Shown here: positions 45,001 through 60,000 of the stretch, piece by piece
How the letters are laid out: each line of letters starts with the position of its first letter
Position numbering within the stretch: position 1 is the stretch's first letter
Assembly: GCF_964355755.1 (NCBI RefSeq)
Contig: NC_092676.1
Span: forward strand, 1,989,788 to 2,053,787
From: Antedon mediterranea
Taxonomy: Eukaryota > Animalia > Echinodermata
Reading direction: 5' to 3'
Length of the DNA: 64,000 bases
Program-made: the position numbers and the translations under genes
The notes under the pieces: generated by a model
What the model was told of the DNA's origin: nothing
The model's input: only the letters and a program-made list of their open reading frames with translations
Database searches by the model: none

Positions 45001-48000
45001 GGGTATGTTGGTGGTCGTGTTGTTGTTTCTTAGGGTATGTTGGTGGTCGTGTTGTTGTTTCTTAGGGTATGTTGGTGGTCGTGTTGTTGTTTCTTAGGGT
45101 ATGTTGGTGGTCGTGTTGTTGTTTCTTAGGGTATGTTGGTGGTCGTGTTGTTGTTTCTTAGGGTATGTTGGTGGTCGTGTTGTTGTTTCTTAGGGTATGT
45201 TGGTGGTCGTGTTGTTGTTTCTTAGGGTATGTTGGTGGTCGTGTTGTTGTTTCTTAGGGTATGTTGGTGGTCGTGTTGTTGTTTCTTAGGGTATGTTGGT
45301 GGTCGTGTTGTTGTTTCTTAGGGTATGTTGGTGGTCGTGTTGTTGTTTCTTAGGGTATGTTGGTGGTCGTGTTGTTGTTTCTTAGGGTATGTTGGTGGTC
45401 GTGTTGTTGTTTCTTAGGGTATGTTGGTGGTCGTGTTGTTGTTTCTTAGGGTATGTTGGTGGTCGTGTTGTTGTTTCTTAGGGTATGTTGGTGGTCGTGT
45501 TGTTGTTTCTTAGGGTATGTTGGTGGTCGTGTTGTTGTTTCTTAGGGTATGTTGGTGGTCGTGTTGTTGTTTCTTAGGGTATGTTGGTGGTCGTGTTGTT
45601 GTTTCTTAGGGTATGTTGGTGGTCGTGTTGTTGTTTCTTAGGGTATGTTGGTGGTCGTGTTGTTGTTTCTTAGGGTATGTTGGTGGTCGTGTTGTTGTTT
45701 CTTAGGGTATGTTGGTGGTCGTGTTGTTGTTTCTTAGGGTATGTTGGTGGTCGTGTTGTTGTTTCTTAGGGTATGTTGGTGGTCGTGTTGTTGTTTCTTA
45801 GGGTATGTTGGTGGTCGTGTTGTTGTTTCTTAGGGTATGTTGGTGGTCGTGTTGTTGTTTCTTAGGGTATGTTGGTGGTCGTGTTGTTGTTTCTTAGGGT
45901 ATGTTGGTGGTCGTGTTGTTGTTTCTTAGGGTATGTTGGTGGTCGTGTTGTTGTTTCTTAGGGTATGTTGGTGGTCGTGTTGTTGTTTCTTAGGGTATGT
46001 TGGTGGTCGTGTTGTTGTTTCTTAGGGTATGTTGGTGGTCGTGTTGTTGTTTCTTAGGGTATGTTGGTGGTCGTGTTGTTGTTTCTTAGGGTATGTTGGT
46101 GGTCGTGTTGTTGTTTCTTAGGGTATGTTGGTGGTCGTGTTGTTGTTTCTTAGGGTATGTTGGTGGTCGTGTTGTTGTTTCTTAGGGTATGTTGGTGGTC
46201 GTGTTGTTGTTTCTTAGGGTATGTTGGTGGTCGTGTTGTTGTTTCTTAGGGTATGTTGGTGGTCGTGTTGTTGTTTCTTAGGGTATGTTGGTGGTCGTGT
46301 TGTTGTTTCTTAGGGTATGTTGGTGGTCGTGTTGTTGTTTCTTAGGGTATGTTGGTGGTCGTGTTGTTGTTTCTTAGGGTATGTTGGTGGTCGTGTTGTT
46401 GTTTCTTAGGGTATGTTGGTGGTCGTGTTGTTGTTTCTTAGGGTATGTTGGTGGTCGTGTTGTTGTTTCTTAGGGTATGTTGGTGGTCGTGTTGTTGTTT
46501 CTTAGGGTATGTTGGTGGTCGTGTTGTTGTTTCTTAGGGTATGTTGGTGGTCGTGTTGTTGTTTCTTAGGGTATGTTGGTGGTCGTGTTGTTGTTTCTTA
46601 GGGTATGTTGGTGGTCGTGTTGTTGTTTCTTAGGGTATGTTGGTGGTCGTGTTGTTGTTTCTTAGGGTATGTTGGTGGTCGTGTTGTTGTTCCTGAAATT
46701 TATCTCTTATAAGGGGTTTTACTATAATTTCAGTTTCTTTTAATTAAAAAGTCCCATATCAAAACAAAAACAAAAAGCCCTAACAAATGTATATTATATC
46801 TCTATAGAAATAATCTATGTAAATATTTATTATTGTACTGTAAATCTTAAGCCCTGTCTATACTATCAAACTAAGTTTGAGAAAAAAGAAGTGTGATGTG
46901 CCCAAATATGGCAGGGATAGGACATCATATATGGGCACATCAAATTAGTTTGAGAAAAAAGAAGTGTGATGTGCCCAAATATGGCAGGGATAGGACACCA
47001 TATGGGCACATCACATTTTTTGTCACATAATGTTTGATAGTGTAGACAGCGCTTTATAGTCTAAGAACATAAATTTACAAAACTATCAATCTAATATACC
47101 ATATAAATCATATGATTCTATATTCAATTTATGTCTATTGACTTACATTTAATTATAATATAACCATAAAATATGTGTTTTTACGCTTTTTTTCACTTGC
47201 AGACTGCTGAAGCCAAGAAGATTATCCGTAATTTCAACAAGATGGCAGCAGTGTTACTAGAATATGAGGTTGGTTCATTTTTATTTGAAAAAAAATAAAA
47301 CACAAATAATTATAATAATTTGTACTAAAAAATATCAAGGAAAATCCAAAACATTATGTGATGTGCCCATATATGGACATGATGATGTCATGTTACTACC
47401 ATATTTGGGCATATCACTACCATATTTGGGACATTACACTTTTTTGTCGAACTGGTTTGATAGTGTAGAAAGAGCATAAGGACAGCTAGCCTTTAAACTG
47501 ATTTTTATGTTTTAAACCTTTAATTTCGTTTTGTATCAGCTACTGTTTCATCGAGGTTGGTTCCGAGCGGTTGACGCGATAAAGTCTGGACTAAATTCAT
47601 CCCTGCTTGTAAGTCATCCAGAAACGAAGCAATTGTTTGTGAACTTTGACCCCCAAGTGTTGGAGTTAATCGCTGAGACTAAGTACTTGTGTAAGATGAA
47701 CTTAGAGGTTCCAGAAGCAGCGCACACATTGGTCTTAAGAGAACAACAAATCAAGGCACATTATTACATGTAAGTGGTCAGTTTGGTTAACGGTAGTGGT
47801 GACTACAGTCCTGGATTCCTTGACCTACTGTTTTTTCAGTTATTGTTTTTGTCAGGTATCATAGTAGAGCATATCAGTTAATATTTGGATGTTTTTTATT
47901 CATTTTGATATTTTATTTTTTTCCATAGGTTGGTTGATATAATCAAAGAATATGAGGACATCGTGTCTCATATACCATCTGTGCTTCAGCCTCTCATGGT

Positions 48001-51000
48001 TCCTTATTGTAAGCGTGTTGAAGAAGCGCTTGAACCAGGACTGACCAGACTTAACTGGACATCACTCAGTATTGACCAATGTAAGTGTCAACCCCTAAAA
48101 TTTTAAAAATATTATGCAAAAGACAGGACATTAGACTAACATGACAATTGCAAGTATTATGAATATAGTATGATACAAACTGTATATTGGCAATAAATGA
48201 CTGATTAAAAATTTTGAGCATAAAAATAAAAATATCTTGATGATAAAAAAAAGCAAAAATAACAAGAGCATTTGTAAATGTTGATAAGTTGTTTATCTTG
48301 TACGTTTTTCATAAAATTACAGACAGCATGAATATTCATGAAGAGTTGACATTCTTGAAACGTCTGGTAAAAGAGCTGAGTGACCTGTTGGAATGCCGTA
48401 TTGACACCGGACTGAAAGAGATGGCATCCACTGCCCTTTGTTACCTGCCAGATGAAGCCATTACCATTCAGGAGTTTCTGGTTAAAACTGAACAGACGTG
48501 TAATGAATCATGTAAATCTCTAATAAGGTTAGCTTTATAAATTGTTTACATCATTTTTGTTTTTTGTTTTGTTGTTATTTTATAGCTTAGAATCTCTAAT
48601 ACTAGCTTGTGTGCACTTTAAATCAAACCCAGTGCATCTTTCGGAAGAGTAAGGGGTTACTCCGATTTACTGGTCTGTCTCAGCATGTGTCGTCATGGAC
48701 AAACGAAGGAGTGCCGTTTCATGACAGCTGTATTGTTGTGTACTTTGTCCACAACTTTGCCCAATTAAGATTAGTTAGGCATCAAACACACAGGTTATTC
48801 CCACACATTTACATTTGATATTTTTATATCACATCTTTTGATCAAAATCTTGTAATCTCTTTTTTCTTGTAGACAAAGCGGTGCCGTGGAACGTGCAGTG
48901 CAAGAACTTGTGGAAACATTAAAAAGCAACTTGCCCGAAAACGGACGTACAAGCCTCCACGATAACTATGCATGCGTGCATCCAGACTCACGCAACAAAA
49001 AGCAGCGATGCTTGGAATGTCTTCCATGCAGCTATCATACAATGATGGCAAGCTTTGCTCAAAGAAACACAGAGGCCCTTATCAAATGCTAGTACTTTAT
49101 TTTGTATCACCTTCTATGGTATTGATGGTATTAGTATCGATGATACACCAATAATACTAGTATGAGTGGAGTTGTGGCTTGGTGGTTATGATGCTTGCCT
49201 ACCAATCCAAGGGTCTTGGGTTCGAGTCTTGTCATGTCAGGATTTTTTTAACAATTTACAAAGTTTGCGGTACACCACGTATATTAGTAACATCGAGAAA
49301 CTCAACAGTTCTTTTCAGAACTAATATACGTGGTGTATCGCAAACTTTATATCAACATTTGATTTCGCCATGCAAACCTTCAAACAATATGATTCACAAC
49401 CCTATTCCCGAAGACTTGTAATAAGACTGTTTATGTAGAGCATCTTGTTTATATGTTTGTCTGGCGAACAGGATTGCCACATTTAAGAAGGATAGTGAAT
49501 GGATTTGCTTATGATTATCCTTGGCAATTTGCCTAAATATATAAATAAATAATACAGATAGTACTGATAACAATAGTGGTATAATGTCAATATTACATAG
49601 ATACATTATCTACAATATAATTTATGACAATTATCACTTTTTATGATTTCTTCTCCTAATTGTTAGGTACAAGATTGTCCTTAGATGCAATCAAGCGTAG
49701 AATGCAGACATCAACAAATAAGTACACGCTTACCGCATCCGATAAAGACGATGAAAACAAGATAGCTCTTTTTAAGTCCGACATCGTCCTTGCAATCCCA
49801 ACTGTTGTAATGCGACCGAGTCTTGACGACGTTCAACAGACTGTGAACAAAGCAGCGCAGGTCATATTAAAGATGGCGCAGAATATCCCACAATGGGAAC
49901 AGACCTTGATTAATCAAAGGTCCGCCATAAAGGTAAACTAAACATTTATTTTTTATATCATTATTATGATATTCAATTTAATTCAATTATTTTATTCCGT
50001 CAAGCACTCTGTCTCTTCCTTGTCATGTATATAAAATATTAATAAAATGATCATAAAATGGTTAAAATACAAACAATACAACACCAAGCGGTACATAAAA
50101 AGGTTAAAACATGACATGATACAAACTTGTATTGATGTTAATTACAAACAACTTATAATAAAAAAAATAAACGCTTGTCTAGAAATACCCGCTGTATACG
50201 GTATAACCTTTTATGTGCTGATTTTTTTGTTAGGAAATTGAAGAAGGGGATGACAAGGACGATGCGAAGGTTGCTCTATTGAACATGACCCAGAAGCCCT
50301 TGTACAAAGTGATCTCGGAACATAAGGACATTATTAAAGTTGTGATTACATTGAACTCCATCACCAGTACCTTCAAGGCAGAGTGCCTGGAGGTTCTTGC
50401 AAGTTATAAGTCTTTCTCAGAATTGTGGAATGAGGTAACTTTTAATTTTAACAATAGTAGTAGAAATAAACCAATGGAAATATGTCACAAGGAATTTTAA
50501 CTTCTTGTTTTGTATGTATCTGGAATCTTAATTTGCACTGCTTTTAATAATCTAGTCTTAATCTGTAGATACAAAATACATATTTCAATTTTATACATAG
50601 ACTGCAAATACATTGTCTAAAAAGCTCTGTCTACACTGTCAAACTTTATATGACAAGAAAATGTGATGTGCCCATATATGGACACTATGATGTCACATCT
50701 CACTTTTTTTGTCAAACTATTTTAATAGCGTAGACAAAGCTTAACATAAAAATATTAAAAAGGAAAACTAAACTAAAAAATGTTTATTTACTTAATAGGA
50801 TCCAGAAGATAAGGTAAAGCAGTTTATGGAAGAGAAACCGCTTCTGTCAGAGATTGAAGCTCAAATCAGATACTATCAAAACTTACAGTCATCAATAGAG
50901 GAATTACCAGTCACTCGTAAAGTAGGAGCAATAGTATGCGTAACAGAGAAATTACTTAACGCCCTCACCGCGGAAGCAACAGCTTGGAAAAACGCATTTG

Positions 51001-54000
51001 GACGCGCATTGAACACGAAAGCCAGCATGGACATGATGGAGATCTTCGATTTCATTGACAACCTTCAAAAGAAGTTGTCGCGACCAATCAAAGACCTTGA
51101 TGATGTTCGAGCAGCCATGGATGCATTGTCTGTGATCCGAGAGTCGGAGGTTAAGATTGATATGACGATTGGGCCAATTGAGGAATCGTACACGTTGCTG
51201 AATAAGTTTGAATTACATTTTAACGACGGGAATGCTGAGAAGGTGGACAGCTTGACGTACGCCTGGCAAAAGGTTGCTGCTCAGGTAAGTCTCTTGCCAT
51301 ACATTCCGTAAAGCTCTGTCTACACAATCAAACTAGTTTGAAAAAAAGTGCGATTTACCCAAATATGGTAGTGATATGCTTAAATATGGTAGTGATATGA
51401 CAGAAGCATAACACCAGGTAGCATAACAACAAAAACATCAAAGATATTCCCAACATCTTTTTGGAAACGCATGACATGTACTGCAAACCTTTAAACAATA
51501 TCATTATTTGAATCATTAATGTTAATTATAAATTTATTTATGCCATTTTATTTTCAATATTCTGACAGGCATTACAAGTTCAATCACATCTTCTGATCAT
51601 TCAACCAGAATTCAAGTCTAACCTCCTAGAGGGCGTGGCACAATACCAAGGCAAAGTTCAAGCCTTCTATTCAGATTATGAAACCAGGTAATTTTCTTTT
51701 CACTTAAATTTTATAGCTCTCGAACCCTGTCTCTCACATGCTAGTCTTGATTCTCTTACCATTACGCCATATTCCTCTTGCCTAGTTTGTATTAGTTGAA
51801 ATATGAATATTGAAATATTTATTGTTCAATTATTACTTTTCTAACTTTTACTTCTTTTCAAACAGTGGGCCAATGGTGCATGGAATCCCACCGACTGAGG
51901 CTAGTGAGCGACTCCAGCTTTTCCAGGCTAGGTTTGATGAACTTTGGAGGAAGTATGAGACCTACTCTGGAGGAGAGGAGTTGTTTGGTCTTCCAATCAC
52001 AGAATACCAAGATCTACAACGTATCAACAAAGAGCTGAGACTGCTACAGAAGCTGTATACACTGTATAATCTTGTTATTGATAACGTCAATGGCTATTAT
52101 GATATTCCATGGGTTGAAGTCGATATTGAGAAAATCAACCAGGAGTTGTTAGACTTCCAAAACAAGTAAGTGAAGAATTGTGTTATTACTCATATTACTG
52201 GGACTGTTCAGGCTTAGTTATTTACACAGTTAGTTATTCACACACAATTATCACTAACTTTGGTCGGGTAAGTTACCAACTTAAGTTGAACAGGCCCATA
52301 GTTATCAGTATTACAATTAAGATTGATCAATTTATGAAACTCTATTTCAATATACTAAATTACAAAATACACAAAACTTTATTTGCTTCATAAAAGTACA
52401 AAGACATTTCGATTTACTACAATTTCGATTTAAAAAGGTCAAATAACAATATTTATTTTTTTTTTCAAGATGTCGAAAGCTTCCCAAAGCACTAAAGGAT
52501 TGGCAGGCATTCTTAGATCTGAAGAAGAAGATTGATGACTTCAATGAATGTTGTCCGTTGTTGGAACTAATGGCCAACAAGGCTATGAAGACACGTCACT
52601 GGGACAGGCTAGCGAAGCTTACTAGTCATACGTTTGACGTGGAATCCGATGCATTCCAATTGCGCAATATCATGATGGCTCCTTTGTTGAAATTTAAAGA
52701 AGATATCGAGGTAATAAATGAACTAAAGTATATATTTACTGTTTTCAGAAATCAAGGTATTGCAAAACAAATTATAAATAATAAAAAACATACTCTCAAA
52801 CCTGACTTTTTTTTAAGAGTCTTCTTCACAGTCTACCGCATTCTCGATTTTATTAAGCTACTGTAAACACGCTTTTTTTGTTAATACTCGCTAAATGGAG
52901 AATGATGATGAACAAAAGGCTCGCAATAAACCAAAATATAAACTCATGGAAGCTAATTATCTTTACATCTATTAACATTATATACCAGTTCCTTCCCTAC
53001 AGTATTACTCTAAATAACAGTACTATTAAAGAACAGTAAATTAAACTCGCTTTGGCCACTTGCAGCCAGACCTGATTTTTGTTTAAATACTCCTCATTCT
53101 CTACAGTCTACCTCACAAGGTCAGTATTTCAAGCTAAACATGCGTTTCTGTCTCTTATTAAATATACCAGTTCCTACCTTACTATCACTTACTACCAATT
53201 TATGTTGTATTTCAGGATGTCTGCATTTCAGCAGTAAAAGAGAAAGACATCGAAGCCAAGCTGAAACAAGTTGTGCTAGAGTGGAGTCAGCAAGACTTCC
53301 AGTTCATATCCTTCAAGACAAGAGGTGAATTGATGTTGAAAGGAGATGCCACGACAGACACTATCTCATTGATGGAAGACAGCCTCATGGTTCTTGGTTC
53401 TCTCATGAGTAACAGGTTAGTCATGAAAAATGTTAAAGCTCTGTCTACACTATCAAACTTTATGTGACAACAAATGTGATGGGCCCATATATCGACATGA
53501 TGATGTCATATCACTACCATATTTTGGCACATCACACTTTTTTTGTCATACTAGTTTGATAGTTTAGACAGAGCTTAACATTTTAGAAATCCCTAGAATT
53601 TCTTTGTCTTTTTAATAAGTAGTAAAATTATTAGAAGCTTTAGAATTTGTTTATGGGGCAGTGTTACTCTCTCTCATAAACAGCCTCAAATGTTGAATTA
53701 GAAATAATACTTTAAAATCAGATTCTTTTCCTCATTTCGTTCACAACAATGTTATGTCAGAAATTTAGTACATTATAGAGCACACACTTAGGAGATGCAT
53801 TTGGTACCAAAGAAGGTGTTCCTGAGTAGGTATGTCCTAAAAGAATGGCTCTACTGTATTTTACAATTTCCACTTTCAGGTATAATGCTCCCTTCAAACC
53901 AGAAATTCAGAAGTGGGTTCAGAAGTTGTCAAACACGACAGAGATCATTGAAAATTGGATGCAAGTACAGAACTTGTGGGTTTATTTGGAAGCTGTGTTT

Positions 54001-57000
54001 GTAGGAGGAGATATCGCTAAACAGCTGCCACAGGTAATACAATTTACAATACAAAATCAGAGATATTTTAGTCCCTCCTGTTAGACTTCGACATAGTGGC
54101 AGCCGGTTGTGGAAACAAAGACCTTCAGGAGCTTCTGTGCTGTTTATTTGAGACCATATTTGTTATGTTCTAAATTAGAAAAATGTTACCTTTGGATATT
54201 GTTAACTAAAGATTTCTTTTTTAATTTTAGGAAGCTAAGCGTTTCAGCAACATTGACAAGTCCTGGGTTAAGATCATGCAGAAGGCTCATGAGAACACCA
54301 ACGTGGTGCAGTGTTGTGTTGGAGATGACACCATGAACCAGCTGTTACCCCATCTACTAGAACAGCTGGAGATTTGCCAAAAGTCATTGACTGGATACCT
54401 GGAGAAGAAACGACTCGTCTTTCCAAGGTTCTTCTTCGTGTCTGATCCAGCATTGTTGGAGATTCTTGGACAGGCTTCTGATTCTCATACAATCCAGGTA
54501 AGAGGAAGATGTTTGCTGTTAAAGATTGTCTCTTATTTATGCTTTGGATTATTTTTTTAATGAATCAAATTATAAATATTAACCCATTTTATTTTTTTTT
54601 TCTTTTAGGCTCATCTTGAAGGATTGTTTGATAATGTGAAGACAGTTGATTTTCATGAAAAGAATTACGACCAGATTCTTGCCATTGCTTCCAGAGAAAA
54701 AGAGAAGATTGATCTGGACGTCCCAGTAAATGCTCAGGTAATTAAAATTAGCACTATTCTACAGTTTAACTAAATATGCAAAGAGCACCTATTGCTCTAC
54801 TAATGTTATATGTTACCTCTTTAGATCTTATTGTATTAATCTATATTGTGCTGCCCTTTGGTGTGAATGTATGCTACAATAATTCTTTGCGCTGTATACT
54901 GAATGTCTCTAAAAGCAGTAGTGGCAGTATGATGTTTATTGAACATGGTGTCCCTTCCTGTTATGAGTATATGCGGAAATCTATGGTTTCATGCAACGTA
55001 TGTTGAATAGTTGTAATATTCTTGTTGCTTGTGTTTGCAAACATATGCTCCATAACTCAAAAATGTATTGTAGATGGAGAAGTGTCCTATATATTTAAGT
55101 TTGTTTGCATCTTTTTTCTTTTTCTGTTTGTACGTTTGTTGATATGGATGAAGTTTTTTTTAAATAAAACAAATTGAATTGAATTATTGTGGTGTTTCAG
55201 CAACTGTTATGAAATTTGAATTATATATTTTTTTCTGCAGGGTAATGTAGAATTATGGCTTGGAGAACTACTAAAGACAATTAGACGTTCTATTCATGGG
55301 GTTATCAGAACGGCTTATATTTCAATTCAAGACAAGGAAAACTTTAAGTTGATTGAGTTTGAGAACACATATGCAGCTCAAGTAGGCTTGCTAGGTATCC
55401 AGATGCTGTGGACAAGAGACAGTGAAGATGCACTGAAGAATGCCAGGGCTGATAAGAAGGTACATACTTGGTGATTGTATATCCTCTAGTATAATCCCAC
55501 CCCTCTAGAACACGTAATTAGGCCGACATTGGGGTGTGAGACTATACCTGGGTAAAACCCTGGTTGAGGAAGAAAATAATTGATAAGCATATCGTGTAAA
55601 GATTTATCTGAACTGACTAGAGAGAAGCCTACAACATCCAGACCAAATGTTAATACTTGGACTATACCCAGGGGTATGCCTGTTTGTGAAACCAGACATA
55701 ATGTGAGGGTGGGATTAGACCTGAAGTGAGATTATACCCGAGGATATATGGTAATTCTATCTATACCAAATTTGGAATTTCATCTGCCTACTTTCCAATT
55801 TTTTTATATATTTTCTAGAATATTATCACATTTTCACTATTATAACATTCATTTTTATTATGATACACTAATATTGTTGATTTGTTAGTAAATGATTATT
55901 TCAACTTTTTATTGATTTATTGTTTATTAGATAATGTCAACCACCAATCAGTATTTCATGGATATTCTAAACACGCTCATTGATGTGACAACGCAAGACC
56001 TAACCAAATACGAGAGGACAAAGTTTGAAACACTTGTTACGATTCATGTACATCAACGCGACATCTTTGATGATCTGGTTGGTTTAACTTTCTTAATTTA
56101 GATTGTTATCGACAATTAATTATCTTTTATTCTGGGAAAGTTTGGGTGCAATGCTCCTTGAAAACTTATTATATTGATATTTCTTTAGAAACTTATAATA
56201 ATGATATTTCTATCATTGCATTATTCTAGGATAAAATGTTTTGATAAATGCATAGTTCTGCCACAAGCCTTGTCTTCTATGTGTGTTGGTCCTCTCTGTC
56301 TCTGACGGACAATAATCTTTGTATTTTATTGATTACAGGTTCGTATGCACATCAAGTCTATCAATGACTTTGAGTGGTTGAAGCAATCTCGTTTTTATTA
56401 CAATGATGACACAGACCAGTGCTTGATATCGGTCACAGATGTTGATTTCAGTTACATGAATGAGCCGGTTGGATGCACTGATCGTCTCGTCATTACACCA
56501 CTCACTGACAGGTATGAATTGGGATACAGTAAACTGCTCCTATGGAACGCCTCCATTCATTGAACACTTCCCCATAAACGAATAATATACATGCATGATA
56601 GTGAAAAAATAAAGAGTGCACATTTCAGCGCATCTAATTAGGTACATCCTTGAACCAATGTTATAAGATACAATATATATTGCAAGGGCCAGCCCGTATT
56701 CAAGGGACACCACTTTAAAGGAGACATTTTGTTATGTTCAGAAGGTGTCCCCTTAATAGATTACAGAAGATTACAGTTGCAAATATTGGAAAACTACATT
56801 TATTCAGTAGATGGTTTAGTTGATTGATTGATTGATTGCATGTTATATTTATATAGGTGTTACATCACACTATCACAAGCCTTAGGAATGAGTATGGGAG
56901 GTGCCCCAGCAGGACCTGCTGGTACAGGCAAGACAGAAACCACCAAAGACATGGGCAAAGCACTTGGCAAATATGTGGTAGTGTTTAACTGTTCAGATCA

Positions 57001-60000
57001 GATGGATTTCAGAGGGCTAGGAAGAATTTATAAAGGTAATTAATAAATTGTTGCTTATTAGAGCAATTATTAGATTAAATTGATACATTGGATTGACTTT
57101 AGGTTGAAATAATTGCTAGCCAATCTTACGCTCCTGCGTCCAAATCCTTAACCTGCTCTGCCACAGTAACCAGAATGTGTTACCAGTCTCAAATGCTTGC
57201 TTAATACTCTCAGGGCCGTGGTTCAAATCCTAGATTTCCTCTTCCACCGTACCAGTCCTTATCACCAATATCAAATGCTTGCTTACTAATCCCAGAGCCC
57301 TGGTTCAAGTCCTAGCTCTGTTACGCCACAGAAGCCGAATTCTTTATGACCCCAATATTGCCACAAAACTCGTAAAAGTTAGTTATAGTAAACATACTGT
57401 AATTCATATAAAGCTCTTTCTATAAACAAACTAGGTTGACCAAATGTGCCCAAATATGGTAGTGATATGACATCATCATGTTTATATTTGGGCACATCAA
57501 ATTATGTTGTCAAATAAAGTTTGTAGACAGAGCTTTAGGTGTCCTTCGATTTATTTCTGGTTGCTGAAATAAGCAAATCCTGTGTCATTTATATCAACTT
57601 CAATGCCATCTTTTTTTTTCTTTGTACAGGTCTTGCTCAGTCTGGTAGTTGGGGTTGTTTTGATGAGTTCAACCGTATTGAGCTTCCAGTCCTGTCTGTA
57701 GCTGCCCAACAAATTGCTATTGTACTCACTTGTAAGAAAGAACGCAAACCTACATTCATCTTCACTGACGGTGATGTCGTCAGCATGGACCCTGAATTTG
57801 CCATATTTTTGACGATGGTAAGATGTTATTTTATCTTTTAGAAAAAAGGTGCTTTTATAATACTTTTTTCATCCTTTAAAATACAATTATATTTTTGTAA
57901 AATAAAAAGTAACATCTTTTCATTTTTCTCTTTAGAATCCTGGTTACGCAGGAAGGCAAGAACTTCCAGAAAACCTAAAGATTCAATTCCGTACAGTAGC
58001 CATGATGGTTCCCGACAGACAGATTATCATCAGGGTCAAACTTGCTAGTTGTGGTTTCCAAGGCAACGTTTTGCTTGCCAGGAAGTTTTACACATTGTAC
58101 AAACTTTGTGAAGAACAGTTAACGAAGCAAGTTCACTACGACTTTGGATTGAGGAATATTTTATCGGTGTTGAGAACGCTAGGAGCGGTGAAACGATCAA
58201 GTCCAAATGACAGTGAATCCATGATTGTGATGAGAGTGTTACGGGACATGAACTTATCAAAATTGGTATGATTTTAAATTAATTTGTTTAGACTTAAAGA
58301 TGTATTGTCCCCCAAAAACATGAAAAATGAAGATTAATTAAATCAGACTTTGAATATGTTATTTTGTAGTTTTAATAAAGTTAATCACTTCCATAGAAAA
58401 AAAAATAAAAAAAAATTATGTTTTCACTAGTAAAATGACAAAATAAATGGTTAAATTCAACCAAAAATGCATTGGCTGGCAGCCAATTTGACCATTTTTT
58501 GCCTTCAATTAAATTTTTTCAGGTAAATACATATTTTTTCGATCCAATTTTTGGTCAAAGTGGATAACTATTATGTTATGTTATGGAATATTCAACAAAA
58601 ATTTTTTTAAGAATTATTTTTTCAGGGGGACAATACATCTTTAAGTATCTGTCTACACTATCAAACTTTATGTTACAAACAATGTGATGTGCCTATATAT
58701 CTACATGATTGTGTCATATCACTACCATATTTGGTAATATCACTACCATATTTGGGCACATCACACTTTTTTGGTCAAACTAGTTTGATAGTGTGGACAG
58801 AGCTTTATGCCAATCACAAGTGAAAGTTTGAATGATTCCTCCGCTTGTGATTGGTCAAATTACTTGCGTGTTGTTTGCATCCTAGTGGGAACCAAGCTGC
58901 AAGTATAAACTTTTATTACACATATGGTTTTAACAAATATGTTTATACTCATTATAGTTTTATTTTTTATGTTTAATGTTTTATATATAAATCTTGTTAT
59001 AGGTTGATGAGGATGAGCCCCTATTTTTGTCTCTGATTGATGATTTGTTTCCTGGTATGCAGTTGGACAAGGCTGGCTACCCTGACATTGAGGCCGCTAT
59101 TGAAAAACAGGTACATATAAATATTTCATTCTTAATGTATAAGTTTTTAGGTTGTCTTGTAAAACTATAAGCAAAGTAATATATTCAGGAATTAATTAAT
59201 TAATTAACTTAAATGTATTCAAGAATTATCTAAAGTGTCTTTCTTTAACAGGTAAATGATGCTGGCCTTGTTTTCCACCCACCTTGGGTACTAAAACTCA
59301 TACAACTGTTTGAAACACAAAGGGTTCGACATGGAATGATGACGTTAGGACCAAGTGGTGCAGGTAAATTTGCTTCCTTACTTAATAACATAAAGTGTTC
59401 TTAATATTCTTACTGGTACTGGTTCAGGTAACCATACTACATAGAGACATCTGGTAGCCATTGACATCAAGTTGGCATTTAGATTAATGCTACTTTTAAA
59501 TGTACACAATATTATTTGTTTTTTGAGAGTGACATATCACAGACATTGAAAGTCTGACAAAGTAGTCAGTAATATACAAGTTTGGAACTCAGACTTCTAG
59601 TGAAGCTGGCCCTGATGTAGTTGCATCTAGCAAATTGAATTGTTTGCTCAAGTACTGATGTTACTCTCTATTATTGTGTATGAAAAAATATTGTTTTATA
59701 TTTTAGGAAAAACAAAGTGTATTAACATCTTAATGAAAGCTATGGGAGATTGTGGCTCACCCCATCGTGAGATGAGAATGAACCCTAAGGCTATCACGGC
59801 ACCTCAGATGTTTGGAAGACTAGACGTTGCAACAAATGATTGGACAGATGGTATATTCTCAACATTATGGCGAAAAACTCTCAAAGCTAAAAAAGTAGGT
59901 CTATTATAGAGTGTCACTTGATTTTCTTTCTAAAGGGGGTTTTTGAAAGGATCTAAAAGTAGTGTAGGTTGTCCTCTAACAATATCACCATTATTATTAT

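Noticed and set aside
44642-46691. Interstitial telomere array or coding repeat (ORF 44404-44745 running into it)
   Set aside because: There is only one TTAGGG per 32-bp unit, derived from the exon junction. The ORF extension is intron read-through ending at TAG.
49162-49240. tRNA gene
   Set aside because: A/B boxes are present, but there is no convincing cloverleaf and the sequence continues into a dispersed repeat body, so it is a SINE head.
57120-57340. tRNA-like short duplicated segments with GGTTCAA.TCC
   Set aside because: Degenerate SINE-like pieces in an intron; too decayed to call.
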